DNA of 63,688 bases, filler included, from Globobulimina sp. (Eukaryota): the NCBI GenBank assembly GCA_003354225.1. It is 48 parts of 48 records of this genome, joined end to end, with 100 filler letters (N's around TTAATTAATTAA, not from the genome) between each part and the next. Parts side by side here need not be neighbours in the genome. Positions count along the whole stretch, not along the records: positions 23,933 to 25,161 come from PIVH01020521.1; positions 25,262 to 26,490 come from PIVH01020522.1; positions 26,591 to 27,819 come from PIVH01020523.1; positions 27,920 to 29,148 come from PIVH01020524.1; positions 29,249 to 30,477 come from PIVH01020525.1; positions 30,578 to 31,806 come from PIVH01020526.1; positions 31,907 to 33,135 come from PIVH01020527.1; positions 33,236 to 34,464 come from PIVH01020528.1; 40 more parts are not named here. The stretch is one strand, 5' to 3'. Under the pieces are notes generated by a model. The model saw only the letters and a program-made list of their open reading frames with translations, had not been told where the DNA came from and did not search any database. Below are positions 24,202 to 36,249 of the stretch, one piece after another (positions within the stretch are counted from its first letter, which is position 1; the number at the start of each line of letters is the position of its first letter). The position numbers were made by a program, and so were the translations under genes.

Positions 24202-24429
24202 AAGATAAAAGAACTATGCATAGCAACAGGATATGACCCGGATAGTTTCACATCCCACGGACTCAGAAAAGGAGGGACACAGAACGCCATAGCAAGAGGC
24301 GTCCCACTCCCACAAATACAGAAACAGGCAGACTGGAATGGACCGGCAATGATATTCCGGTACAATAACAACATTACAATAAGAAATCAAATAGAAGTAA
24401 TGAAAAATGCTTACAATAGAAATAAATAA
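24202..24429 (+). mobile_element. Tyrosine recombinase C-terminus (DIRS/Ngaro/PAT-type)
   Basis: Manual translation GYDPDSFTSHGLRKGGTQNAIARGVPLPQIQKQADWNGPAMIFRY (HxxR, W, Y). Confidence 0.85.
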
Positions 24430-24545
24430 ATATATACAACTTTATTTAACAAAACAAATAATATTTAAAACCAAACAAAAACCCTAAACAACACAAAAGC
24501 AAACGATTGGAATAAGTAAGACAGGAAAGACAAATATTAACGCTT

Positions 24546-24985
24546 GGTATATAAAGCGTTTCTGGCATAATCCTTACCCCAGAAACACTTTGTAACCTGT
24601 CTAGTTATTACCATTCGTCCTAACCCCAATATCAAAGGTATCCATAAGTATAATACGGAGTTATATGCGAAGTGATATAACTCCAGTTATACCATAAGAT
24701 ACCATCCAATATAATACCAAATCAGTCAATATCCATAATCCAAATATATGGATGATGTAATATGGATTCATAATGCGAGCGAATCTGAGAAACGAAATCC
24801 TCACTCCTTTCATATAAAATTTTTTCTTTTTTTTAAACCCTCTGTTTACTTACGACACCTTCGGATAGTCAGACTAGTACAGGTTAAGGTATATAAAGCG
24901 TTTCTGGCATAATCCTTATCACAGAAACACTTAGTATCCTGTCTAGTTATTACTTAGTATCGTCCTAACCACTATCAAAGGTATC
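24546..24985 (+). repeat. Pair of ~97 bp direct repeats (24546-24642 and 24888-24985), split-direct-repeat-like
   Basis: Both begin ggtatataaagcgtttctggcataatcctta and end atcaaaggtatc, with few differences. Confidence 0.9.
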
Positions 24986-25261
24986 ATATTACAATTATCC
25001 ATACTTTGTTGAATCATATACAGTAGTGTTCCCGATAAGAGATACGCATATGATTAGCTAATATATATGATTAGTGCTAATATATAGCTAATATATTGAT
25101 CATATATATATTACCCAGCGAAAATTTCCTTAGGAATTTTTTTTTTTTTTTTTTAAATATANNNNNNNNNNNNNNNNNNNNNNNNNNNNNNNNNNNNNNN
25201 NNNNNTTAATTAATTAANNNNNNNNNNNNNNNNNNNNNNNNNNNNNNNNNNNNNNNNNNNN

Positions 25262-25296
<35 letters not shown>
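25262..25296 (+). repeat. (CT)n microsatellite
   Basis: Direct reading. Confidence 0.95.
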
Positions 25297-25298
<2 letters not shown>

Positions 25299-25344
25299 CC
25301 CCTCCCCGCTTGTGTCTCTGGTCCTCCGCCCCCGCTTCTTGGTT

Positions 25345-26151
25345 TTACCATCGGGGATGAGCAACTCGATCCGCGGATCTTTCTTCACTGTTGCAACAAT
25401 CGATTCTCCCTAAAAACACAAACAAAATGCAACAAATTCCTTCCAAACAATAATAAAAACAGAAACTTAACTTAGTATTATCAATAGCAATTTGCTTCCA
25501 ATTATCAATTTGCATTTGCTGCAGTTTTGTTTTTATCCGCAACGACTTATTTTGTTTTAAAACCTCTGTCCATAACAACCGCAATGCCGCCATTCCTGTC
25601 CTATTCCCTTTATCCTTCGCATTCAAATCAAAACTATCAATTAACTTCAATTTATGCATAATCCCTTCCTGCAAATTCCTCGTTTCCTTATTCATTCTGC
25701 TTATCTGTTCCAGCAACGCACGTTGCTGTTTTTCTGTTTTTTCCTTTCTTACCTCATCAGTTTTCGATTTTGCATTCACTTTTTCATCGCTATTCAGCCA
25801 ATATGACGGTGTCACGTATTGTGTGTACGAGCCCCTCCGACTGTCCTCTTTACCCACAAACAATTTGTCATTGGTCTCAATACTTAGCATGAGGTTTTCC
25901 TTCACATTTTGTATCGGAAATGCTTTGGTTGTGCCACTCTCCGCATCCTGCAACAACACATTCGTTACATTCCCTGATTTATCACCGAAATCCACCACTT
26001 TTGTGAACAGTGCATGTACGCTGCTCGAAGACACCCAGTTACCTTTCGAACGCGTGATAACTTGCACTGTTTTTTGCTTCCGCAATGAAGTGGCTTTAAA
26101 GCGGAGTTGGTATCCTTTCAACAGCTCTTCGACGGCATGTACCATACTCAA
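25345..26151 (-). CDS. Hypothetical coiled-coil protein exon
   Basis: 268 aa ORF. Confidence 0.45.
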   Translation of the reverse strand: MSMVHAVEELLKGYQLRFKATSLRKQKTVQVITRSKGNWVSSSSVHALFTKVVDFGDKSGNVTNVLLQDAESGTTKAFPIQNVKENLMLSIETNDKLFVGKEDSRRGSYTQYVTPSYWLNSDEKVNAKSKTDEVRKEKTEKQQRALLEQISRMNKETRNLQEGIMHKLKLIDSFDLNAKDKGNRTGMAALRLLWTEVLKQNKSLRIKTKLQQMQIDNWKQIAIDNTKLSFCFYYCLEGICCILFVFLGRIDCCNSEERSADRVAHPRW

Positions 26152-26651
26152 GTTTTGTTCCTACAGCACACATTTAAGCAGATATAATCACAAATATATA
26201 CATATAATACACACTAAACATATGGTGGGGACTCGATCACATTGCGTTTATTATACAATTTATAATGTCCGCTGGTGTCACGTCCGATGATTTCATCCTT
26301 AACGCCATAATGTTCCAGCACTACAAATATCGGTTCATATTTCCCAACGTTGGCCTCAATCCATTTTATCTGTGCATTTATATAACACATAACAGCAAAA
26401 ATAGATATATTACATGTATAAAATACCAATTTATCCCTCGCGAATAGCTCATATAATCGACGAGCATCGTCTTTGTGTTTCCGTGACTGANNNNNNNNNN
26501 NNNNNNNNNNNNNNNNNNNNNNNNNNNNNNNNNNTTAATTAATTAANNNNNNNNNNNNNNNNNNNNNNNNNNNNNNNNNNNNNNNNNNNNGCTAAAGATT
26601 GAATATCAGAGTCGCAATGACAGCAACAATAAGGATGAAAAGGAGGAAAGG

Positions 26652-27374
26652 ATGGATATTTGCAATTTGTTAGGGATTTCACATTTGAAGGTTACCATTA
26701 ATTTATACGGTTTTGGTACCCATTTAAACGTTTATGAGCAAATATTGCGTTTAGTTAAGATGGATGATGAAAATGTAAGGAATAATGAAATAAATGATTT
26801 GAATAGTTATAAATTGAGAGATATCCAAAGTAAAATAAAAAGCGAAGGAACATGTGGTAGAAAACAGGAAATGAAGGATGGAATTATCAAAAAACTAAAA
26901 CAATTCAAAGTAAATTATGACAGCAATGAAGCGAATAACTTGAGTGACGGCAGCAGTGATGAACCGATATTGGGACCACTACAGACGATGAGACATCGGC
27001 CACATAGTGGGCGGCAACTACAGTATGATGATGATATTTATACCGATGAGTCCCATAGCGATGATTCTGAGCATTCTGCAGATAATGAGAATGAGAAAGA
27101 GCATATTAATGAGAATAAGAAAGAGGATATTAATGATTCTGAGAATAAGAATGAAAAGGTGGATAAAGAAGAGATTTTATCATTGGAATTCTTGTGTCGC
27201 CAACAAATGGAAAGGGGTTTGAGGTTGGTGTCGAATATGAGAATATCTGACAATGAGAAACTCCAAAATGATTATATGGTTTTATTGAAAAAACATATGG
27301 CCGCTCTGAAGAAATGTACTGCGGATTTGTATCAGCATCAAAATATAAAAATGAAACAATATCCATTTGTTTAA
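26652..27374 (+). CDS. Acidic hypothetical protein
   Basis: 240 aa ORF. Confidence 0.4.
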   Translation: MDICNLLGISHLKVTINLYGFGTHLNVYEQILRLVKMDDENVRNNEINDLNSYKLRDIQSKIKSEGTCGRKQEMKDGIIKKLKQFKVNYDSNEANNLSDGSSDEPILGPLQTMRHRPHSGRQLQYDDDIYTDESHSDDSEHSADNENEKEHINENKKEDINDSENKNEKVDKEEILSLEFLCRQQMERGLRLVSNMRISDNEKLQNDYMVLLKKHMAALKKCTADLYQHQNIKMKQYPFV

Positions 27375-27919
27375 ATGGAGTATCCATAAATACCGGATAA
27401 TGTTATGTAAATTTGTTGATTTAAATGTCCAGATCACATTATTTTTAATTTCAAATATTTGTCAACTATTTTTTATCAGTACACTTTTCGACATTATTCC
27501 AATCGGAAATATTTTCTTTACCTGAAAATTTCAATTTTTTTAGCTGAAAAATCGAAAAACATAATGGGAAACGTGCAAGGTATACTTTGTCCAAATTTAT
27601 CACATTTGATTTCCAATATTTATGACATCCACAATAGGCCCTGATTTACCTCCATATTACGCAGAACTGAGAGATACGGCAGACAACGTTTAATGGAAAA
27701 TATGAAAGACCAGAGAGGATTATATTAAATGGACCAAACCAATTCCAATCAGCTACAATACGTTGATTTTACGTACATCGCATATACTATTCATTATCGG
27801 TGTTATGTGCGATATCATTNNNNNNNNNNNNNNNNNNNNNNNNNNNNNNNNNNNNNNNNNNNNTTAATTAATTAANNNNNNNNNNNNNNNNNNNNNNNNN
27901 NNNNNNNNNNNNNNNNNNN

Positions 27920-28125
27920 TGTTTGCAATATAAAAATATATCTTCATCTTCTTTATGATCACAATCTAATTCGACTGCATCACAACATACAAAACCGCAA
28001 CTTGCACATAAACAGACTGACATTTTATTTGCGTCATTGAATAATGCCATATTCCATCCTCTATTATCGACTTTTAATAATGATAATAACTCTCTTTCCA
28101 TTAATGTTTTTGCTTGAGCTGCCAT
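27920..28125 (-). CDS. RING/TRAF-type zinc-finger protein N-terminus
   Basis: CLCASCGFVCCDAVELDCDH...YC. Confidence 0.6.
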
Positions 28126-29249
28126 TCAATGTTCCTATGAATATTAGTTTTTCAAAAGATAACCCCCCCCCCTGGTCGATAAGTTGTATACATTTGTTCC
28201 TTCCTGGGGTTCTATGTCGTTTAGAGTGAGCTAGTTTCATTTTATTCGGAAGACGGCAAAAAGTGGAAGACGACAAAAAGTTTGTTACACTAATTTTTAT
28301 TTTAGTATGTTAAATTATTATGTTATCATGCAAAATATGGATAATGTATATTCAGTGCTTAACAGATTCAATCCCAGGGGTTCTTAGCTGCATGCAGCTG
28401 TTTATTCAATTATCTGAGAAACGCTTTGCAAATCCAAAACGGTTTGATATAACATTCTTTTTAGTTTTTCCCCACAGAGAAACGTATTTTGTTTCTCGAA
28501 GGGTTCTACACACATTTATTGGGGTTTGCCGGAGGACAAAATCTGAAGGATTTTTTTTGGCAGTCTTCATAAATAAATGCCCGCTATGCTGGCTTCTTTT
28601 TGGTATTTAGCTGCTTTAGAAGCTGCTCGGTCTGAGTTACGGGCGTGTTTGGTGGAGGAGTTCGGCGAGCTCGAGGAGGGCGCAGTTTTATAGATGATGT
28701 TTTAGCGGCAGAGGCTCCTTGTTTAGAAAAATATGAGTCAGTTCCAGCAGCTACGGTGGACCATATTCGTTTTTTGTATGACAAGTATATTGATTGTCGT
28801 ATCGATAATCGATTGCATTTAGGCACCAATGAATTGAATCGAGCATTACCAAATTGCAATTTCATGGCTAAGTTTAGGACGGCCAATTTAAAATCATGTG
28901 GAGGGCTTTGGCGAATTTGTCCCATACTTATTATTTTATATGTCCCATACTTATTATTTACGAATTTGCAAAAGATTTTATTGTATTTTGTTTTATTAAA
29001 ATTCAATGATAAATATTTTATTATATCTGCCGTTAACAATATTGTTTTAATTCTAATTCCAAGGTGTCGCGGTTCCGCTTTTTATTATTATTGTTGTGTA
29101 TACATAATATCGTCAAAATAAAAAAAACAGAGACCAGAGATCATGTCANNNNNNNNNNNNNNNNNNNNNNNNNNNNNNNNNNNNNNNNNNNNTTAATTAA
29201 TTAANNNNNNNNNNNNNNNNNNNNNNNNNNNNNNNNNNNNNNNNNNNNG

Positions 29250-29600
29250 AAAACACTATTTGTTCACCTTTCAGTACCGATTCGTACAACTGAAACAACA
29301 TGGAAAACCCGGTTTAATAAATTGATAGGAAAAAAAGATATCTGGGAGTATGCTGACAATATTAAGAGAAACGAAATAAACGAATTGTTGAAAAAAGAGT
29401 ATGGCGAAAGCGGAGCGTTTTTCGATATTGCAAAAATTCAGTCCACACTCCCGGATGGAAAACGCATGGAATTTAAGCACAACAATGTGACGTATTATGC
29501 TCTTGTCCCGGACTATACCTACGATGGGGGGCATTTAAATGAAGCAGGAAGCAAAAGAGTTGCAGAACAGCTTTTGCTTCTTCTATTAAACTTAAATTAA
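29250..29600 (+). CDS. Bacterial SGNH-hydrolase-like protein, C-terminus
   Basis: FFDIA...YTYDGGHLNEAGSKRVA (DxxH). Confidence 0.75.
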   Translation, partial: KTLFVHLSVPIRTTETTWKTRFNKLIGKKDIWEYADNIKRNEINELLKKEYGESGAFFDIAKIQSTLPDGKRMEFKHNNVTYYALVPDYTYDGGHLNEAGSKRVAEQLLLLLLNLN

Positions 29601-29703
29601 TCAAAAAGCGAATCGCAACGGAACCCAACATCAGAACACCTGATCCCTGTGAATTTAATGTGATACTAATTTTGTACATTCAAGGAATATTTGATTCATG
29701 GTT

Positions 29704-29810
29704 GAGATACGGGATACGAGATGCAAGATGCGGGTATTTAAAAGGAATTTGTCAATTTTAGCTATTTTTTTTTGCACGCATCCCGTATCGCGCAACCCGC
29801 ATCTGGTATC
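29704..29810. repeat. Heptamer-built inverted-repeat element
   Basis: gagatac-gggatac-gagatgc-aagatgc arm versus cgcatcc-cgtatcg-cgcaacc-cgcatct arm. Confidence 0.75.
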
Positions 29811-29880
29811 ATCCCAAAAGTTCGTTATTAAGATGTAAGTTGTTGAAAATACATGTACGGGTGAGGATTTCTGAAATTGA

Positions 29881-30477
29881 ATGGGTGACAACATGTCAGG
29901 AAAACATAAAATTATCATCAGGCGCTGTACTGATTACGAGAATATTGATCATATCCGTGGGATTGTGTCAGAAGGGATGAAAGAACTGGACGCAAAGCCA
30001 TTCGGCAAGGTGCTGTTGAAACCCAATATTGTATTTGCCCACAAGAGATACGGCCGCTTTGCCTACACCAACCCGGGTGTTATTGAGGCGATTATCGACG
30101 AACTGGCGGCAATCCCGGATGTTGAGAGAGTCACCATAGGTGAAAGAACATCCATATATATGCCCACCCGGTTTAATTTCATGCAGGCGGGATACGGCCG
30201 TTTCAGGAAGAAACCCAAGGTCGGGGTCTGTTTTTTTGATGAGGACAGTCTGGTTGAGGTCCCCCTGAAAAAAGGAGATGTCCATGAAAACCTGCGCCTG
30301 TCCCGGACGCTCGTCGAGTCTGACTACAAGGTGTACGCGCCCAAGCTTAAGAGCCATGTAAGCACAAAGCTGACATGTTCACTGAAGCTCAATATCGGTA
30401 TTTGCGACTCCAAAGAACGATTAATAGGCCATGATTTTCATCTGGAAGACAAGATAGCGGACCTGTACGAGGTGGGC
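29881..30477 (+). CDS. DUF362 family protein (partial)
   Basis: KVLLKPN, TNPGVIEA, IGE, PKLKSH, TCSLKLNIG. Confidence 0.88.
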
Positions 30478-30617
30478 NNNNNNNNNNNNNNNNNNNNNNN
30501 NNNNNNNNNNNNNNNNNNNNNTTAATTAATTAANNNNNNNNNNNNNNNNNNNNNNNNNNNNNNNNNNNNNNNNNNNNCAGTAAAGGTATAAATACAATAT
30601 GTTGCGATAAATTCAAT

Positions 30618-31450
30618 TTGCAGCAGTATACATTTCGTCCATCGCTCAATATTTCGTCATTAATCCAACAAAGATTTAATATATCTCCCAATGATCAAAG
30701 AATGGTAACTCGAGCTTTAATGAGAGAGATTATCGACGAAAAAACTACAAATTGTACATTGAAAGTGAAAGTGGATAAACAATATGAATCATATGAATCG
30801 CTGTTTTATTTAAAGCGAATTAAACAAGATCGATTGGCCAAATCTATGGATATTGCACAGGTTTTGTATACATAGAATGTATGAAAATATATTCCGATCT
30901 GATCTGAAACAAAATAAAAATACAGAATGACTATCGAATGTCGTATGCACCAGATATATTGATCGATATTGGTGCGAATCGTGATATATTAATGCGATTA
31001 ACATGCAAGGAGTCTTGGGTTGGTGTTGGTTTTTGGGATTTAATAAAATGGAAATCAGAAACGTATGCAAATAATACTGGCATTAATCTAATTGAAGAAC
31101 CTCCACATTCAATGATTCATATCTGTGATTCATTTGATATAATGTCTAAAGTCGATATTTCTTTTGGTTTCAAACAAAATGTGTGTATTTATAGCATATG
31201 TATTGAAGTAATTGGTACCCATTTGACTGAATGTAATGGTAAAATTGTATTATATAAATGGGAGAAGCAACAAAATATTAGTAATTGTTCAAATAATTCT
31301 GTAGATCAACATCAATTGATGCCTATCATTGGGAATTTATTCAGTTGTAATAATAATGTTAATATCAATAAAAAAAGAGATTTTAATGATGAGCTGCCAG
31401 GAGGTACCGGTTCTGTAGTGCCGGCTGCAAAAAAACGAAAATTAAACTAA
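30618..31450 (+). CDS. Hypothetical eukaryotic protein, spliced, ending in an NLS-like PAAKKRKLN
   Basis: Two ORFs separated by a probable short intron. Confidence 0.4.
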
Positions 31451-32169
31451 TGCATTTATGAATAGGAAATTGCATTTTCAGAAATGATGCACTCAGACTG
31501 AGTGACTCAGTGCATTGACTGCACTAGTTCGGGCCTTTAAAAGGCCGTCAACCAGCTAGCACATATGCTATCACATATGTTATCACATATGCTATCTGTT
31601 CACCTGACGACGAGTCTCGTCCTTACGTGAACAGTGCTATATATATTATATATATATTAATAATATTATTTTAATATTTTATTTCTTCACAGAAATTACC
31701 ATTTCTTCACAGAAATCCAGCTGGATTCCAGCTTTTGTTTTCGTTTCTATATAGATGCACTCTCTATATTTGTATATGTAATTTATTTTTGTTCTTTATG
31801 TTATTTNNNNNNNNNNNNNNNNNNNNNNNNNNNNNNNNNNNNNNNNNNNNTTAATTAATTAANNNNNNNNNNNNNNNNNNNNNNNNNNNNNNNNNNNNNN
31901 NNNNNNTATTTGAAACGGAACTCGGAAAAAACGTAAATAATGCATCATATGCAGGAGAATCATAATCTTTAACGGGAGATAATGTTTTGTTTCTTGTTTG
32001 CCTGCAATTCAATCACATCCTGGGATGAAGCACAAATTTATAGGGAGAGAGTGCTAAGAACAAAGGATGAAAATGACAATGACTGGGCAATGATTGTTGT
32101 GATGTTAGAAATGTGATTTATTGGACACTCAGCAATGAGTGGACAGAGACGGTGTGATGCAAGTTTGTA

Positions 32170-32379
32170 ATGAATGGAATGTGCCATATATTGAAAGTTG
32201 AAAAGAGTGCAAAGGAAAAACATAATATCGATTTTCTATTTGAACAAGTTTTGTATGAATATTGGATACAATCACAAGGTGTTGCAAAACATGATTATGA
32301 ATCAAACACTGCCATGTATGCAACGCAGAGTTTTTATTCATCGAAAATACCAAAAAAAGTAAAAAATAACAACTCTTAA
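32170..32379 (+). pseudogene. Ras-family GTPase C-terminal fragment
   Basis: EKSAKEKHNIDFLFEQV (G5 motif); no upstream G1-G4. Confidence 0.5.
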
Positions 32380-33235
32380 TCAAAAATCCTACACAAACAC
32401 TGTGGGACGTATGTTGCTCAGAGTTTACCGTTTACGGATCGGATTTGTGAGGTTCTTTACCTTCTGTACATAGTATTAAAGCAACATAAATTTTTGAGGT
32501 AGTCAACTTCAACTTTTTTGTCTTGTTTAGTGACCAACAACCCCAAACATTTAACATCCCTCTTTTATCCATTCGTGATCAGTTTGTTTATTTAATGTAT
32601 GCACAATCCTATCGATCAAATGAAATTCCAATTATGTGTTTTCGTGATGAGAAAGATGCTGTGTTTTCATCCTTTGTTCTGATATCGATACAAAAATCCA
32701 TTCCATTCCTATGATAGAAATCCAACAAAAAAATGGAAAGTGTAATTCAAATTTTGATTACCAATCGATCATTAATGCCAAAAACAAACAATTAATTATT
32801 CAATAAATTAATCAGCAAATAATTATGAGATTTGTATGTTTAAATATATCTAAAATACATTAATATTTTATACAATGATGACATACCTCTATTTATTCCA
32901 GTTATCCCTATCTGATAATAGTTTGACGAGATTTTAGTGTAGCACTTATGAGACTTTTTAATATTATTTAATGTGTATTTCCTCATTCAAATCACTGAAC
33001 AATTATAAATTTGTCCTTTTTTTTATACTTATTTAGACCGCGGAACAACAGCATGATGGAAATGGTACAGAATTGGTGAAAAATAAAGGTAAGCTAAGTT
33101 ATAGAATATTGTTTTTAAATGTTCTATCTATTATTNNNNNNNNNNNNNNNNNNNNNNNNNNNNNNNNNNNNNNNNNNNNTTAATTAATTAANNNNNNNNN
33201 NNNNNNNNNNNNNNNNNNNNNNNNNNNNNNNNNNN

Positions 33236-34464
33236 CCTGCTTCTTTTTTTTGTCCTGTAGCTCCTTCGCAATCTCCTCATCTTTCTTGATGCCATACAAT
33301 GTAAAGCACCACACCGCTTCGCGTGGCAATGACGCATAATTCAACGCACATTCACTGGTGGAAAAGGTGCAGCATTCCTGTGGCATTTTGATATCATTAC
33401 TGATCTTATGTTTCGGGATGGTGATATCCCACGAAACTTGCGGGAAGACATGGATTCCAAACATCAATTCGATCCGCAATACGTACACAAAATACTCGTT
33501 ATTGCGCACCCGGAAGCGTGGACACAGCATAATATTGCTCAGTGACTCGATTCTGAACTCGATGCAGTGCTCGAATTCCGGCAACAACACTGCTTCTTTG
33601 GTCACTTCGTGCCATTCGAACTCGTTTACCTCGCTCGTATAAGTCGCATATTTATTTGTAACGGGAGTGTAGACGTTGGCGACTGCCGTCTGATCGCCAG
33701 AGTTGTAGACACTGCCTATTTTATGCTGCAGCCACAACGATTCCTCTTCAATGGCGGTGTTGAGTCCTTGTAAGTTATTCTTGCTAATGCTGTTATGTAA
33801 GGTTTCTGTAACGACATTGAAGCCTAAGTTTTCATATTCTAATCGCAATGCATTTGTGTTGCTTTTCTGCTCTGTCATGGATGAATAATATCGATTGTAA
33901 CAGGAACGTAATGCTTTGCGCATGCTTTTGTCATTCAAGCTCTTCAAACTATCGTCGTACAACAATACGAACTGCATATCTCTGATCTGATTGGTACGGA
34001 TATGATTCCGTATATAGCTCAATGAGATGAGTTTGTTGTTTTGCTCATCCACTTTAATATATTCCTCTCGGCCGCAGACCTTCAATACAAAACACTTCAT
34101 ATCCAATTTACAGATATAATCGCTATATTTGCTATGATTTGCCTTGATTTTATGTGTGATTTCTTCAATCGCCATGCGAATGGTGGTCCTGTACGTAAAT
34201 GAAAAATCTAGCACATAAACTGCGGCTGTTTCTGCATTGACAACAGGTACAAGTGAGGAGAGGTTGCTATCCACAGATGCCAGTGCGGAGAAACTATATT
34301 TCACACTCATAGCATATCTCACTTTGGCGGACTTGCACTGTGCCGGTAAGGCCAAACCGGATAACATGGTGGGATATATTATGTCCATTAAGCAAGGCAC
34401 AAATCTTTCGTATCGGACATTTTTGCATTGTTCAAAGTAGATATTCACATATTCATTGTCAAAA
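33236..34464 (-). CDS. Class I PI3K Ras-binding and C2 domains (partial)
   Basis: FVLKVCGREEYI...LSYIR (RBD); LNYASLPREAVWCFTLYG (C2). Confidence 0.85.
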
Positions 34465-35205
34465 NNNNNNNNNNNNNNNNNNNNNNNNNNNNNNNNNNNN
34501 NNNNNNNNTTAATTAATTAANNNNNNNNNNNNNNNNNNNNNNNNNNNNNNNNNNNNNNNNNNNNTTTTTTTTTTTTTTTTTTTTTGTTTTGTTTTTTTTT
34601 TTTATTATTATAATATTTGTTTATTATCAATGCATTTATTTTAGCCATTCAACAGCGATATTTTTTGAGAACTCCCTAGATATTTTTTGATATGTTTTCG
34701 GTGAGATTTATTTTTATTCTCTGGTTGTGTTTTTGCACAGAATTCAGTCGGTTGGGCGCACCAAATGTTGTTATCCCAAAAAAGAGCGCAAATGAAAGAA
34801 AATAACAACATTGCGGATGAAACTAATAAAGAGAATATAATCCGTACTATCAACATTGCGAAGCGACATTATATTCCACCGAAAACAGTAAACATTCCGA
34901 ATTCATTTGTATCTGATTTAAATTCGATAAAAACGGAACAATTCGGCTATCCAGCACCAAATAATAAAAATAATAAAAATAATAATTGCAATAAGGTGAA
35001 TAATCATAAATCGACATTAATTATACATCCAGTATTAAGGTAACGTAGTCCCGGAATTACAATAACGGATTTTATAAGTTTCAGAATAATATCTCCGTAA
35101 TATTAATCTGCGTTATTTTAATTCCGGTACTACTTCAGCGGCAATCCCAATGTTAACAATTGTGTCTCGACATTTGCAGTCAATAAAAGAGTATTTAATG
35201 CGAGT

Positions 35206-35793
35206 GTGGCACCACAACAACGACTGCCACTCTATCCGCAGCAAATGGCTCCACAACGACACCCACTCAAAGCACAGCAAATGACACCGCAAAGTTTTGG
35301 AAATGTGTCCTTCCGTAAGGGAAAGAACCCAAATAACAGTAATAATGAATTATTGCGATCGTATCAAAATTATTGCAATATTCTAACTGTTTTTAATATA
35401 AATGATAACTCAAACAATCAAAATGTGAATGCAAACAATCAAAATGTTAATATCAATACCATTAATAATAATATTATTCAAAGAGTAGAATATAATCCAG
35501 CAATCAATAAAAATGTAATAACAAGAAAAAATAACAATGTTTCTCCAATCAACATTGGTTATTCCTCGCCAGGTCCATATACTTCAGATTCGTCGACAAG
35601 TACTAGTTCAAATACATCTGTACATGTTTCAAAGTCAAATCACACTGCAAAGCGCACTGTAAATGCAATCAATACAAATATTAATAATAAAGTACTCCGT
35701 CATAAGAATATAAGTAATAACCAAAAACCATTGTATTCGGATATAATCAATGGCGCTGTCACTACACTTACAGCCACGGCGCCACCTATACCT
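35206..35793 (+). CDS. Asn-rich low-complexity protein fragment
   Basis: ORF only. Confidence 0.35.
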
Positions 35794-36063
35794 NNNNNNN
35801 NNNNNNNNNNNNNNNNNNNNNNNNNNNNNNNNNNNNNTTAATTAATTAANNNNNNNNNNNNNNNNNNNNNNNNNNNNNNNNNNNNNNNNNNNNTGGGTTT
35901 TAGATATTTGTATTCCTCTAAAAAGCTAAGTTTGATCTAGTACTTAATAAATAAAGACCGAAAGTGGCTAATCAGCCAATACATATATTTGTACGGCTGA
36001 TTAGTTGCTTTTTTTTATTTAAACATAGTGTTTTTGTTATTAAGCACCAGACTGTAGGACCTT

Positions 36064-36245
36064 TGTTTGGGCGAAAAGTTGCTCATATGCAAGACGCAAG
36101 GCTCGAAGAGATTCGCAGGCATAAAATTCTGAAACCGGAGCGTACTACTGTACGTGAGGCCACTCTTATTATCTGGCAGAAATTTGCAGCAACGTAGCAG
36201 ATGGGTGAGTTTGTGAGCTTTGTTCCTCTACGAGCCGTCCAAACA
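36064..36245. mobile_element. ERIC-like palindromic MITE next to the ABC permease stop
   Basis: Ends tgtttgggcg / cgtccaaaca then ctag; core ggagcgtac-tact-gtacgtgag. Confidence 0.6.
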
Positions 36246-36249
36246 CTAG

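Noticed and set aside
31596-31637. Hammerhead ribozyme (CTGACGA plus hairpin)
   Set aside because: No GAAA after the stem, so the core is incomplete
6651-34464. PI3K kinase contig and PI3K RBD/C2 contig as one gene
   Set aside because: Separate contigs without overlap; paralogues are likely
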